From assembly GCF_009914755.1 (NCBI RefSeq), contig NC_060934.1: DNA of 64,000 bases; one strand, given 5' to 3'. How positions within the stretch are numbered: the stretch's first letter is position 1; each line of letters begins with the position of its first letter. The notes under the pieces are model-generated. The model was given only the letters and a program-made list of their open reading frames with translations. It was not told the DNA's origin and searched no databases. Positions 13,175 to 29,869 of the stretch are shown one piece after another. The DNA comes from the human T2T-CHM13v2.0 reference genome, Homo sapiens. A program made the position numbers and the translations under genes.

Positions 13175-13369
13175 GTTCAATATATACTAGCTATTCTTAT
13201 TTACACTTTGATGACCACAAATTACAATCAGCTGAATGGTAAGCATGTCCCTAAAAACAATACTTTTAATGCTCTTCTAGCACAGAATAATAAGTTTTTC
13301 TTGTTTGCTTGTTTTGTGTGAACTATTACATGATCAATGTAATTTAAACTTGGCCTGAGAAAACCATCC

Positions 13370-13682
<313 letters not shown>

Positions 13683-14516
13683 ATCCTGTCTTTTTCTCAA
13701 CTTCCCAACCAAGGTTAGCACAATCATGTTAAACAACTAAAAAATAGATTATAATTCTTTAACTATAATTCTATTAACATGAGACTGTTAACACCAATTC
13801 TGGCTAAAGACTACCAAGCAACACAGAAATTTCCAAGCCGGACAATTATTCTGCAAGAGTTATTCAGGCATGGGTCTGTTGTTTTAAGTGTCTATATCCT
13901 TTAAGTATAATATATTTATATTTCCCTTTATGAAATTTAACTAAAATCATTAAATTTGGCAGCAGAAGCAGGAAACCATCTACAAGACCTGCATGGCTAC
14001 TTTACTTTTATTAATGAAAAGTTACATAAGAGTTTCAGCAAACTACAAAGTTTCCTTCTTATAAGTCTTTTAATATTTATAGAAATTTAAAATAGTTATC
14101 ATGCTAGAGTCCATTTTAGAAACTGAGAATTTCTATTATCTGACAGCAATAGATTCTGTATTATTTTAGCTCAATTACAGAAATGGATATGTAAGAATTA
14201 TATTCATCTTTATTCGTACTTGTTAACAATACATCTACCATGTCTACTACTTGACCTAGAAGCTCAAGTAGTGTGACTGAACAAAACTACACTAACAGGG
14301 TCTCAACCCCAAACCACTGAGTCACATTATTGGACTTTTTTCTCTAAACAATACACTAAAGAAAAGAAAAAGAAGTGTACTGGGAACCATTTAAAGGGCC
14401 TGCTTGGAATAACAGAAAAAGTTACACAAAAGGACCAAAGAACACAAGTGGCTTAAAGTATCAAAGAGAAAGCCTGTAACCAAGTACGAGGAGATGTCCG
14501 CAAACACCATGCCCAT

Positions 14517-14896
14517 TGTATCAGTCCTTTCTTGCGCTGTTATAAAGAACTATCTGAGACTGGGTAATTTATAAAGAAAAGAGGTTTAGTTGGTTCATGG
14601 TTCCTCGAGCTGCACAGGAAGCATGGTTGGGGAGGCCTCAAGAAACTTTCAACCACAGCGGAAGGCAAAGGGGAAGCAGGTACATCTTACATGGCTGAAG
14701 AGGAATAGTGTGAAGGGGGAGGTGTTACACACTTTTAAACAACCGGATCTCATGAGAACTCACTCACTATCACAAGAACAGCAAGAAGGAAATTCGCCCT
14801 CATGATCCAATCACCTCCCATCAGGCCCCTCCTCCAACATTGGAAATTACAATTTGACATGAGATTTGGGCAGGGACACAAATCCAAAGCATATCA
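14517..14896 (-). mobile_element. MSTA/THE1-type MaLR solo LTR
   Basis: TGTA...ATATCA ends, gagactgggtaatttataaagaaaagaggttt motif, near 5-bp TSD cccat/ccaat. Confidence 0.9.
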
Positions 14897-15089
14897 CCAA
14901 TGTTAAAAAAATAAAATTGCATACTTCCTATAAACTGAAAAATGAAACCTATAGCCATGTATTTCCTTGAATCGTTTTTATGTAATCTGGATTTTTCAAA
15001 TTATTTTTTTTATTTTTTTAAACCATGGTCCAGAAAATCTACTTCTAAACTATACATTTTGAATCAATAAACTGACTTTTGTGCTTCAA

Positions 15090-15345
15090 GTAAACTTATT
15101 TTGAAATAATTTTAGATTTACAAGATAGATACAAAAATAGTATAGACTTCCTATACACCCTTCATCCAGTTGTCCATAAAGTTAAACATCTTACATAACC
15201 ACAGGACATTTGTCAAAACTAAGAAATTAACATTGATTAATTTCTAATTGATTACTATTAACTATAGACTTCATTTATATTTCACCTGTTTTTCTACTGT
15301 CTTTCTTTAGTTCCTAGGTATAACCCAGGGTACCATATTGCATTT
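15090..15345 (-). mobile_element. L1M 3' end fragment
   Basis: ttattttgaaataattttagatttaca...tatacacccttcatccag. Confidence 0.7.
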
Positions 15346-15959
15346 AATTATTTTTTCTAATGCTCTAAATTTTGCTACATGCCATACTTCTATGTCTTAT
15401 AAACAATATCTTCATTGTAATTATTATACAAATAAGCCTAAAATTCCCTGGGAAATATGATTTGTTAGCTATTAGGGAAATGTTACATGAAGATTCATGT
15501 AAATGTGATATTTCTACAAATGTTATACTGAAGAGAAAAGAGTTAATTGCTGAAGTAAGATATGCCCCACTGTCTACTTTGCCAGGAACCTATGAGATCA
15601 AATTACTTAATGTTTCAGAAATCTCTCTTCAAAAAATGCTTGTCACTTACCTATATCCCAAGGCTCCTGTAGAGTCATAAGATATACCGTAAATCCTTTT
15701 AATTAATTCTGTAACAATACAAAGTATTATTATAATCATATTCAGATAATCCATTTTCATCAAATATATGTAAAAGGTGCCTTCTTTTCAAGTTTCATTT
15801 TTAATTACTGTATATTTTTATTAAGATAATAAAAGAACTAATGTAGAAGAAAATAATTCCATAGTTGATTACATGTCTTTAGTTTAAAAATGAAAGCATG
15901 CAAAATTTAATAAAAGTTTTAAGATAAATAGAAAATGTTCCAGAAAAAAAGAAATGCCA

Positions 15960-16125
15960 CAATGAATAAAACTGGCTAAGAAGAATGCTTCACATTCTTT
16001 TCCATGTGCATAATACTGTGGAAATTAGTAAACAGTCACAAACAAGTGATTCATATTCAGGGCGCAGCCTTTTTGACAGGAAAACAGTAATCAAGAGTTT
16101 GGGATTTGAAGATTTTTAAAAGGAC
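15960..16125. promoter_or_regulatory. Candidate enhancer (forkhead/AP-1/ETS cluster)
   Basis: GTAAACA 16028-16034, ACAAACA 16038-16044, TGATTCA 16047-16053 and CAGGAA within ~60 bp of unique sequence. Confidence 0.35.
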
Positions 16126-17166
16126 ACATGTCTAGTAAAGTGTGTCAGTTTGCCTGAGACAGTCCCAATTTACGGCCATTGTCCCAGTGTCCCACAAATT
16201 TACCATTTGTCCTGGATTTTTCATTTTCTAATGATTTTTTTTAATGATAGCATTAAAATATGCTAAGACTTACTTGTACTTTTAGGCTCTGCCATAATCT
16301 CATTGAGCCATGTGTGAGATGCATGTGCAATGAAGCCAGTTGTCAATTTCGCAACTTGCTTAAATCTTTAAGACACCTAGCAGTAACCCATTTCTAAATG
16401 TACTAAATGTACTGTAACTGATACTTCATTCTTAAAGACAGCACCCAGGCACCATGCAGAAAAAGTATACCTAGGCAGGAGCAGGTAGGGACAGCTAACT
16501 CCTCCAGTCTTGAATGAAGGTAGAAGAAATACTGAATACTGCTCCCTGCTCATGGCTAGCTTAAAGACACGGATTTAATGAAAGCAGACAGGACAGAGAA
16601 AGTGTTTTACGTATTATTCTCTAAAGCATGACTTTTCATCTAGATCCAATGACTTTTTAAAAAAATGCACTTAGTTCTGATTCTAAAGCGTCTCTTTTAC
16701 ATCATCAAAGTAAAGTGAAAACTGGTTGGCTCCATTAACAGAAAAACTCACAGTTAAATGTTGCCAGCTTTCTGTCAGCATCAGGAGATGTACCAACCAG
16801 AAAAATCAGTTAATTCCAATAATGGTTTGATGATTTCATCTAATTCATGAAACCAAAGTAAAGCTTTTGGAAGTTCATTCTGTAGAATATGAAACACTTG
16901 ACATTGCTTTAATTGCTACTTAAAAATCAGTTTAGAAGTTCAACAACAAAGACAAAATTACCGTTGGTTCTCCTTATTCACAGTAGTTAAGTTCTATGAA
17001 GTCACCATGAACACTGAATTAGGGAATACCAAACTGTTTACTCATAAGGGAAATTCAGGGTTGGGTTCCTGAGAGCTCCTGAGAGCCTCTGATTACATTT
17101 TAATTAGCTGATCAAACATAACCTCATTTTATGTATATTTCTGTTTCAAGATACCTTATTAATATA

Positions 17167-17496
17167 TAGTCATCCACTGCATGATGTGTCAGTCAACAAC
17201 AGACTGCATATATGATGGAGGTGGTCCCATAAGATTATCAAGCTATATTTTCACTGTACATTTTCTATGTTTAGATAAATAAATATTTACTATTGTGTTA
17301 CAATTGCCTACGAATTCAGTATAGTAACACACTGTACAGGTTTGTAGCCCAGGAACAAGAGGCTATACCAAATAGCCTACGTGTATAGTAAGCTATAGAT
17401 TCATATCAGTACACTCTATGATACTTTCACAATGACAAAATCACCTAATGATACATTTCTCAGAATTTAACCCTGTTGTTAAGCAATGTATGGCTG
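17167..17496 (+). mobile_element. Tigger3a-like MITE
   Basis: agtcatccactgcat...ggtggtcccataagattat...gttaagcaatgtatggctg. Confidence 0.8.
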
Positions 17497-17865
17497 TTCA
17501 CTGTTGAGTCACTAACACTGAACTCATAGCCAACAGCACTATAAGTTTATCTATCACATGCATTTTCTCCTTAAGGCACATCACAGCCTTCTTGCACTTA
17601 GGCGCAATATACAGCACTTCAGTTCCACACTGGGTAGTCATTTTAAACACAGAAATCATAAGCCTAAAAAAGCAAAAATCATGGCACTATATAAACCACA
17701 AAAAGGAGACTTGTTTACCGTATGAGAGCTGAAGGAAATCAGCTTGTCAACTAGGAATGTGTTGAGCAATCCAAATTTTTCACCATTCTGTACCATTTGC
17801 AGTCATGCACTCAGTTGAATGCCTAGTGTCATGAGTATTGATTTTGCAGTTACAAATAAATTTTA

Positions 17866-18117
17866 TAGGTTCAGTATCCCTTACCCTGAAATGTTTGGGG
17901 TCGGAAGTGTTTTGAATTCAGAGTTTTTAAAAATTTTGAAACATTTGCATTATATACTTATTGAGTATCCCTAATCCAAAAATCTGAAATCCAAAATGCT
18001 CCCATGAGTATTTCATTTGCGCATGACCCTTGAGGATTGTGTTGAGCATCATGTTGGCACTCAAAAAGTTTAGGATTTTAGAGCATTTCTGATTTTAGAT
18101 CAGAGATGCTCAATCTG
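17866..18117 (+). mobile_element. Tigger4b/MER46-like MITE
   Basis: TIRs aggttcagtatccct / agatgctcaatctg, TA flanks. Confidence 0.8.
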
Positions 18118-18454
18118 TAGTAAGCAGACGAATTCATGAAAACAAAATCTGTGAATAATAAGGGTCAATTCTATTTGTTTTTACAGTGATAACACAATTA
18201 CAAACCTTGGTTGAGTACAGCATCATAGAAAGAACAATGTTCTTACTAAATTTAAAAAATGGTGAAACAGAAATAAACTTGGACTTGGCTGTGGTTCACA
18301 TATAATTCACAGCTGTGCCCAAAACTGCAATATATTACCAATCAAAATTGGGGGAAACATATTTTACAACTGAATCCACAAAAGATGTGACATTCTACCA
18401 ATTAAAATTTACAAACGTTTATACACACACACAGGGTTAAAAAAATTGAACTAA

Positions 18455-18617
18455 GGCTGGGTGTGGTGGCTCACACCTGCAATCCCAACATTTTGGGAGG
18501 ACGAGATGGGAGGATTGCTTGAGCTTGGGTGGTCAAGGCTGAAGTAAGCTGTGATCACACCATTGCACTTCAGCCTGGGCAACAGAGTACACCCCTGTCT
18601 CAAAAAAAAAAAAAAAA
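18455..18617 (+). mobile_element. Monomeric Alu (FRAM-like or left/right-arm recombinant)
   Basis: single ~145 bp unit plus poly-A. Confidence 0.85.
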
Positions 18618-18791
18618 CTAAAATATTTGTGACAAAGCTGATGCTGAATTAAAAAAAAAAAATTCCAGCATGATAGTCCATGTTTTCTTTTTGTTATCTA
18701 TCTTAGAATTCTTTGAGGCTTAGACTTTGCAAAATCATCAACATAACGGATGATTTTCATTCAAACATTACATTCAAAGTCAGTTGAAAAT

Positions 18792-19189
18792 AGCTATGGA
18801 CTAAACGTTTGTGTCACCTTAAATTCTTATGCTGAAGCCCTAATACCCAATGTGATGGTATTCAGAGGTAGTGCCTTTAATTAGCGTTAGATTAGGTCAT
18901 GTTGGTGGGGCCCTCCTGATGAGATTAATGCTGTTATAAAAAGAAACAGATCTCTCTCTCTCTCCCCACCCACCACCCCCCATCCAAGTGCACACACCCA
19001 GGAAGGGCCATGTGAGGACATAATGAGAAGATCAAACCAGGTCTGCAAACCAAGAAGCAGGCCCTCACCAGAAACTGATCTGCTGGTGCCTTGATCTTTG
19101 ACTTTCCAGCCTTCCGAACCGGGAGAAATGAATTGTTGTTTAAGCCACCCAGTATGTCATATTTTGAGAGAGCAGCCCAAACTAAGACA
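18792..19189 (+). mobile_element. MLT1A-type solo LTR
   Basis: gctatggactaaacgtttgtgtc...tttaagccacccagt...gcagcccaaactaagaca. Confidence 0.85.
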
Positions 19190-19507
19190 GAAATCTTTTA
19201 TTCAAGATTTAATTTTTATGGCGAACTTACTTTTTTACTTAAATAAGTTTATATTATGTACTAGAATAAAATGAACTTGAGAATGCCTACAATTTAGCAG
19301 CATCTAAATTTGGTTAAGATGTTTAAAAGATTTCCATAATAGACACAATTTATTTGACAAGTTTGTCATAAAAATTTTATTGAATAAAGGTGCTGTAAAT
19401 CGAGTTTACTGTTTTTTTTAATAGTAGCTTTGAAAATGTATGTGCTAGAATATTTACATATTAAACTATTACAAAATAAAATTTAATAGAATTTGCTTTG
19501 AACTTAC

Positions 19508-19626
19508 CAGGTACCTCATTATCGACATAGAGATTACATTCTCAAATTTAAAAATCACAATTTATATAGAAAACAGTAACTTGAAAAAAATCAATAATTT
19601 CAAATGTAGCAATCACAAAATGCAAC
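19508..19626 (-). other. Candidate 119-nt (likely non-coding) internal exon
   Basis: minus strand gtctttttcag|GTTGCA...GTACCTG|gtaagt. Confidence 0.45.
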
Positions 19627-19721
19627 CTGAAAAAGACTACAATTTTATGAAGCAATTAAAGATAAAATACAACCGTATTTTTAAAATTTTTTTTCCAGGA
19701 AAATACAGAGAGCTGTATTCT

Positions 19722-20598
19722 GTGGAGCTCCTTAGTACTTTCTAATCTCCCTTATGTAGTATATTATTAGTCAGGGTTCTCCAGAGAAAGAGAGAGATAA
19801 CAAGATTATAATTATTGTACCTAATAAATATATTAGTACAAATTATAGCTAAGAAACTAAATAATGTAAGCTTTTACTGAGAATTATATTTACGCTATTT
19901 TTAATGTTAAAACAGTTTTGCTTTAATGAATATAGCTATATGTTAATATGTTTTAGAAATAACTTTATTTTTAAAATAATTTCTTAATAGGACTATTTTA
20001 TAGGTTCGCCAATATGATGAAACCAATTTGTCAGTCAAGCAATAAAATTATATAAGTTTACAGTTTTTTAGAAAGAATATCAATTTTGGCAATAAACAGT
20101 TAACCTAGATGTGACAGTTAATTTTATGAGTCACTTTGGATAGGTTATGATGGCCAGCTGTTTGGTATAACACTAATCTAGATGTTGTGTGAAGGTCTCT
20201 GTGGATGTAATTAACATTTATAATTAGTTGACTTGAAATAAAGCAGACTCCATACTGTGGTGGGCCTTATTCAATCAGATGAAGGCCTCAACAGCTAAGA
20301 TAAAAGTTACCTGAAAAAGAGGCAAGTCTACATCAAGATGGTAACATAGAAATGCTGAGTTTCCAGCCTACTAGCCTATTTTGCAATTTTTACACTCAAG
20401 ACCATTACCAACTCTTACTTAAGTATATAGCCTGCTGCTGTATTCTACATGTTTGATTTGCCAACTCCCAAAATCCTGTGAGCCAATTCCTTAAAATAAA
20501 CTCTATATCTTTCTCTTGTTCTCTCTCTGTTTCTCTGGAGAACCCTGACTAATAATATACTACGTAAGGGAGATTAGAAAGTATTTAAGGAGCTCCAC
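19722..20598. repeat. Inverted duplication: arms 19722-19805 and 20514-20598, 708-bp spacer
   Basis: hand alignment: ~85 bp with 4 substitutions and 1 indel, including a 34-bp perfect block. Confidence 0.95.
20110..20554 (+). mobile_element. MLT2 (ERVL) solo LTR
   Basis: tgtgacagttaattttatgagtca...ctgtttctctggagaaccctgactaata. Confidence 0.85.
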
Positions 20599-20999
20599 CA
20601 AAAGGAAGCTGCTCCCTGATAAGAGTAGAGAGAAAGGGTTTTATTTTAAGAAACATGCAAGTAAAGAAGAATTAACATTAGCATTAACTTCTTTTAAAGA
20701 AGAACAGAATCCCAGATTCTATGGCCACATCTTCCTATACCAGAATGATACATAACCCAATAACCCTGACCCTTAGCTTTCAGAGAACAGGGACATATCT
20801 TACATCTCTTTGTATCCCCTTTCTAGCAGTGAGTGTGAGACAGAGAAGATGCTCTAAATGGTTGCTGAATAAACTAAAGTCTCAGAAGACATCTCCAGTC
20901 CTAAATGTGATTAAGGGGGCGAGAATGTATGCAAAAATATGGATTTTAATGTTTTGAGTAGTATTGTGGTGTTGTCATTCTGAGACTGTTGTGTGTGCA

Positions 21000-22160
21000 C
21001 TATAGGATGAAAATACATAATTGTAGGACTTTCCAGTTCTATAAGCACTCATATCCTTGAAAACAGAGGAAAGAGATACAGAAAGAAGATTTAAACACAC
21101 TATCATCTCCACCATAGTCTCAAGTTTGAATTGGAAACACCAATATAAACTTATGAAATATTTTTATTTTATCTTCAATATGTGCACATACTTCTGATCT
21201 CTGTCTACAGAAAGGGCTGAGAGAAAACATGATCACCCCTTAAACAGTAGGGCTTCTAAGAGAAATAGCTGAATCTAGGACTCAGGAGCTAAGTTTAAGA
21301 GGCTTCCATTGGCCAAAGATGGAATAATTTGAGCTTCAGTGATGGTAATACTTGAAATGAATTAACTAATACGTTAAATTCTAAAAGTTCATAATAATAT
21401 TCTTAAAAAACTGGTCACCTTTAAGAGATGATAGAGAACCAATTCATTATCTTAAGAAATATATCAAAGGGAAAAAATCAAGAATTTATGTTACCTGTCT
21501 TTTGAGAACTCTGGGTAACTGAATAAGAAATAAGGACATGTATCTCTTTATAAAAATATTCCAATGAATAAATGAAAAAAATAAAAAGAATTAGAATGTT
21601 ACTATTTTTCAAACCTTAATGAACAAATAGATACAAATAATATGCATAAATGGCTGCTAAGATCACAAAAAAAGATGCAACCAAACATTGACAGTAGGTT
21701 ATCCAGACCAGCAGCCTCAGCCTCACTCAGATACTTGCCAGAAATACAAACCCTCAGGTCCAACCTCCAATCTCCTGAATCAGAAGGTTTGGGCATAGGA
21801 CCCAGTAATCTGCATTTTATTATTACAAGCCCACCAGGTGATTCAGAGGTATCCTAAACTTCATTAAATTCTATGTATAGAACTGCCAAAGGAATCAAAT
21901 CTGAGTCTGATCCAGTTCATGGACAGCTGCCAATTTATAGGAATTATAGAGGTCAGAGAAACGTGTGGATCTACACCACAAATACGCACACATTAAAATC
22001 CAGAATGTGGGAAATTCTACAGATCAAACCTCCCAGGTTCTTCAACAGGTAAACTGTATGAAACTTAAAGGGATGGAGAAGGAACGTAAAGATTAAGAAT
22101 CTATAAAGTAACCTGTATAGATTAAGAGAGATTGAAGATATATCTTTTTTTTTTTAATGA
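21000..22160 (+). mobile_element. L1MC/MD-like 3' region with a MER5-type insertion at ~21694-21860
   Basis: gccaaagatggaataatttgagc motif; MER5-like gaatcagaa...ggacccagtaatctgcatttt. Confidence 0.6.
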
Positions 22161-23384
22161 GCAAAACCAAGAGACAACTTCCAGAATGGAGGAATGAAGA
22201 GTGCCATAGAATTTCTCCCCAACAAAAACAATTTAACTGGAAAAAAAATTGTTTAAAACAACCACTTAAACTGGAAATTGTTTGAAGAGTATATAATAAA
22301 TGGAGAAACATGCATTCAAGAAAATATTCTAAATCTTGGTAAGAGCCTGTCAGTGGCATTTGAGCCATGACCTGCTCCCACCTTACCTCCCCTGCACCTC
22401 CAAGCTCTGACTTATGTCTTAGTCTGTTTTACTTACTCGAGAGCTCTAGTCCAGAAGGTCCGGTCAAGAATATGGGGGCTCCTTTTCCCCTCAGCTCCCA
22501 AGCTGGGGCTGCATTTTCACCCTGGTAGAACAAGCCACTGGCACTGTTCATTTTCCCTAGCCCTCTATGGTAGAGTTTCTATTCTGTAGAGGCACAGCTG
22601 AGAGGGCCAGGGCTTCCTTACTCTAGCCAGCCCTCATTTGTGGGGCAAAAGTTCTACTCTAGGTGCAGCAGGCTGAAAACACTGGGCTTCTATCACTCCT
22701 GGATCAACTTGCTGGTGGGGCAAAGGTTCCATATCCATAGGGGCAAGCCAAGAAGACAAGTGGCTAATGCCCATGCTCCCAACACCCTTTTATAGCAGGG
22801 GTGTCACTCTGGAAGAAGTGAGTCACTATTCCTGCCCCCAGTTTCTGTGCAGTGGTGCAAGGTTCTACCTGTGGGGAGATGCAGACTGGAGACAGCAGCC
22901 CTTAAGGACAAAAAGTTCCTCTGCTCTGTCTGAGGGAATTGACATAGTTAAGAAGGTGCTCATGGCCCCAGGATACAAGCAGCAACCAACAAATTAGGAC
23001 TATCAGAAGTTTAACAGAACTAGAAAAAGAGACAGCCAGCTCACAGTAAACACAGAGGTCAGGAAGGCTGTGCCCAAGTGGGAGGCTGCATCCACTTGAG
23101 CAATCAGAGCTTGATATGGGCACAAGCCACACAGATCAATTAAAAAAGGAAGCTTCACTGTCACTCGGGGGCTGAAGTATAACCTCTGATCAAACAGTGG
23201 CTGAACAATAAGCTCTTCTGCCCCAAGATCAACTCCTAGGAAGCCAGGCTTTAATATGAAAGTATCCCTGGCAGTTTACTAGACTGTGGGCATGCTCAAG
23301 GCTTGCTTCGCTCAGGAGTGACTGGGAATGAATAATCCAAGCTACTAATCTATGGCTGAACATGGGGCAAAACAAACTTCTTGC

Positions 23385-25979
<2,595 letters not shown>

Positions 25980-26030
25980 GATGCCATTAGGAGAAAAAAG
26001 AGGCAGAAATAATACTTAAAGAAATAATGA

Positions 26031-26340
26031 GGCTAGGCATGGCGGCTCACATCTGTACCTCCAGCATCTTGGGAGGCCGAGGTGGGAGGATTGCTTGAGC
26101 CCAGGAATTTGATACCAGCCTAGGAAACATGGTGAGACCCTGTCTCTATAAAAAATATTAAAAATTAACCAGGCAGGGTGAAACACACCTGTAGTTCCAG
26201 CTACTCAGGAGGCTGAGGTGGGAGGACTGCTTAAGCCTGCAGTGAGGTAGAGCCTGCAGTGAGCTGAGATCATGCCACTATACTCCAGCCTGGGTGAGAG
26301 AGTGAGACCCTATCTCAGAGAGAGGAAAAAAAAAAATGAA
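26031..26340 (+). mobile_element. AluJ
   Basis: J-type dimer with a small internal duplication agcctgcagtgag x2. Confidence 0.92.
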
Positions 26341-28797
26341 TGAAAAAGAACAAAAAATAAATAAATAATGGTTGAAATCTTTCCAAATTTGATAAAAGAA
26401 AAAGAAATATGAATCTACACATCCCCCAAGGAGCTCAACAAATTCTAAATAGGATAAATACAAAGAGATATACTTCCAGACACATTACAGGCAAAATCTT
26501 GAGAGCCAAAGACAAGGAGAAAATCTTGAAAGCAGCAAGAGCAAAATGACCAGACAAGTACAAAGCAGCCCCCAATACGATTAACAGCTGACTTCTCATT
26601 AGAAACAAGGGAGGCCAGAAAGCAATGGAATTAAATATTCAAAGTACTAAAGTAAAATACTGTGAATTATGACTCTAATATCCAGCAATACTGTGTTTTT
26701 AAAATAAAGGTCAAATTAAGGCATCCCCAGAAAAATAAAGACAGAAAATTTGTTGCTAGAATATCTGTTTCACAAGAAATACTAAAGGAAATTCTTCAGG
26801 CTAAAAGCAAGTAACACCAAACAGTAATTGGAAGCCCCAAAAAACAAAGCATGCCAGTAAAGGAAATTACGTACATTATTGCAAAAGACACTGTAATTGC
26901 ATATTTCTTCCCCTTTCTTCTCTTAACTGATTTAAAGAATAATTCAATAAAACACTGTAGCTATAATTTAATTATTGGGCTAACAACATTTACTGCTATA
27001 CATTTAGACAATAACAGCACAAAAGAAGCAGGTGAGAACAAAGTTCTTCGGGAGTAAGAAAATGACCCCAGAGCTAACTCAAATATGCAGAAATATGTAA
27101 AGAAAATAAAAAATAGAGAGGTCAATACAACTAACTATAAATACGTACTTGCTCTCCCTTGTCTCAGCTTCTTCAAAAGACATAAAGTAAAAATTACAAC
27201 AGTGTGTTGTTGGGTTTGACATAATAGGTACATCAATAATAGCAGAAAAAGTTGGGGAAGGAAATGGAGCTAACAGAGGAAGTCTATTTTGCTGAAAGTA
27301 AGTATAAATCAGAAGTGAAATTCTTATAAATCGGGATGTACACTGTAAACCCTGGAGCAACCACTAAGAAAATAACTCAAAATATATATTTTTAAAAGTA
27401 GCAAAGGAATTAAAGCATCACACTACAATATATCTACTTAATTCAAAAGAAGGCAAGAAAGGAAAGAACAAAAAAGACCTGAGACCTATAGAAAACAAAA
27501 TTCGTAACTGCAGACAAAAATCCAACTATATCAGTAATCACATTAAATGTGAACAGATGAAGCAATCTAATCAAAAGAAAGATTATCAGGCTGTATTTTT
27601 ATAAAAGAAAAAGAACAAAGATCCCAACTATATAAAATCTACAGAAGACACATTTTAGGTTCAATCATACAAATAGGTTGAAAGTAAAAGCTATACCATA
27701 CAAACAGTAAACATAAAAGAATCAGGCAAAATACATTTTAAAGCAAGAATATAATACTAGAAATAAAGAGAAACACTTCATAATGACAGAAGGGTCAATC
27801 CATCAGGAAGGTATAACAATTAGAAGCATATATGCACTTAACAAGAGAAGGAAGAAAAGACAGTTGAAGGGATACACAATTGAAAAATAATAATTGGAGA
27901 CTTCCCTCTTTCAATACTAGATAAAACCATCAGGAAGAAAATCAACAAGAATACAGAAGATTTGAACAACACTGTAAGACAGCCAGACCTACAGACAACT
28001 ATATAACACTCCACTCAACAAGGCAATATGCATTATTAAGTGCACATGAAACATTTTCCAAAAGAGACCACATGCTAGGCCATAAACAACCTTCAATAAT
28101 TTAAAGAGATTAATCACACAAAGAATGTTCTCTGAAACAATGGCATGCAATTAGAATACAAATCAGTAACAGAAGGAATTTTAGGAAATTCACAAAGATG
28201 GGAGGGAACCACACTCCTAAATAACCAATGGGTCAAAGAAATCAGAGAGAAAATTAGAAAATACCTTGAGATTAGTGAGAACTAAAACTCAACATACCAA
28301 AATTTATTGGATACAGCTAAAGAAAATAATACCCAGAAAGACATTTGTAGCTATAAATGCCTATATTAAAAAAGAAAGATCTCAAGTGGATAATCTAATC
28401 TTCCACCTTAAGACAGAACCTACAAAAAGAAAAGCAAACTAAACCTAAGCAAGCAGACGGAAGGAAATAATAAAGAATAATGTACAAACAAATGAAACAG
28501 AGAATGGAAAATCCAGAAAACAAAGACACTGGCAAAGGATTTGGGAATCAGGTGGTTATTGCTGTTGATAGAAAGGAAGGTTCTTATTAGGAGGAACAAA
28601 ATCCAGATTGCAAGGAATTTAAGGAATAAATGGGAGGGGAAAAAAATGAAGGCAGCATATGCAGACTCTTCTTTCAATAAGCCTGAAGAAAAAGAATGAG
28701 AAGACTGAAAATGAACGCAAAAAGAAATTATTAACAAAGTCTTCTAAGAGGCAGAAAGGAATTAAAGCTCTAGGCAAATAAATTGGCCTTGGAAGAT

Positions 28798-29357
28798 ACG
28801 GCAGACACTAGTGGTTGCCTACCTAGTCTTCCCTTCTTTCTGAATAACAAAATCCTATTTTTTTTTTTTTTTTACCTTGGGAGGAGTGAAGGGCCATGAA
28901 TCTTGACTAGTCTAAGCCAAACACAGGACTTCCGTACCCCTCACCACTGACTGGCTTAGAAACGGGTATAGGATGCAATTTTAGCTAATGAGGTCATGTT
29001 TTCTAGGAGGCTTCTAAGAAAGTTTTCTTCATTTTAAAAAAAGACATAAGAGAGACACCTTCTTTTCTTACAGTCATGGGTGCTTTGATATGAGTATGTC
29101 ATTCTTGGAGTTAAAGCTGCCATCTTGAGATGAGGAGGGGAAAAGTCTGAAGACAAAAGCCAACTTATCAGGATGGTAGAATGAAAAGACAGAGCCAGAG
29201 AGTCTGATGATAAGAGTTAGCTGCTATATAAGCCAACAAAAAAACTATCTTTCTTCCAGATTTCTAGTTATATGAGACAATAAAATGCAGTTATTACATA
29301 CGATACTTTCAGTTGGGTCTCTGTCACTTACCAGCTGAAAGCATTCTAACTGATATA
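28798..29357 (+). mobile_element. Old MLT1 (J/K-like) solo LTR
   Basis: ggcagacactagtggttgcc...ctgactggcttagaaacggg...cagctgaaagcattctaactgatata. Confidence 0.7.
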
Positions 29358-29540
29358 GAAAGAAAGATACTTTCACAAGACAGATGTGGATGAAATTAAC
29401 TTTGCATGTTGGAGATAAGGGAATTTGAGAGTTTCAGCCTAAAGTTTCATTTATTAAAGAAAATGAAACTCATATAGATCCATTTTACAAAGGGAGTGAC
29501 CTTAACAGCTGCTGTTTCTTGCTTTAAAATATCAAGTATT

Positions 29541-29869
<329 letters not shown>

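Larger units (their letters stand above)
16961..18171 (+). mobile_element. MER82-like Tigger-family element carrying two nested insertions
   Basis: TA-flanked; start resembles CAGTCGATTCTCGTTATTC, end resembles GAATAATGAGGATCGACTG. Confidence 0.75.

Noticed and set aside
15651-15666. 16-nt minus-strand microexon (cag|GAGCC...ATAG|gtaagt)
   Set aside because: Poor polypyrimidine tract; likely a chance motif
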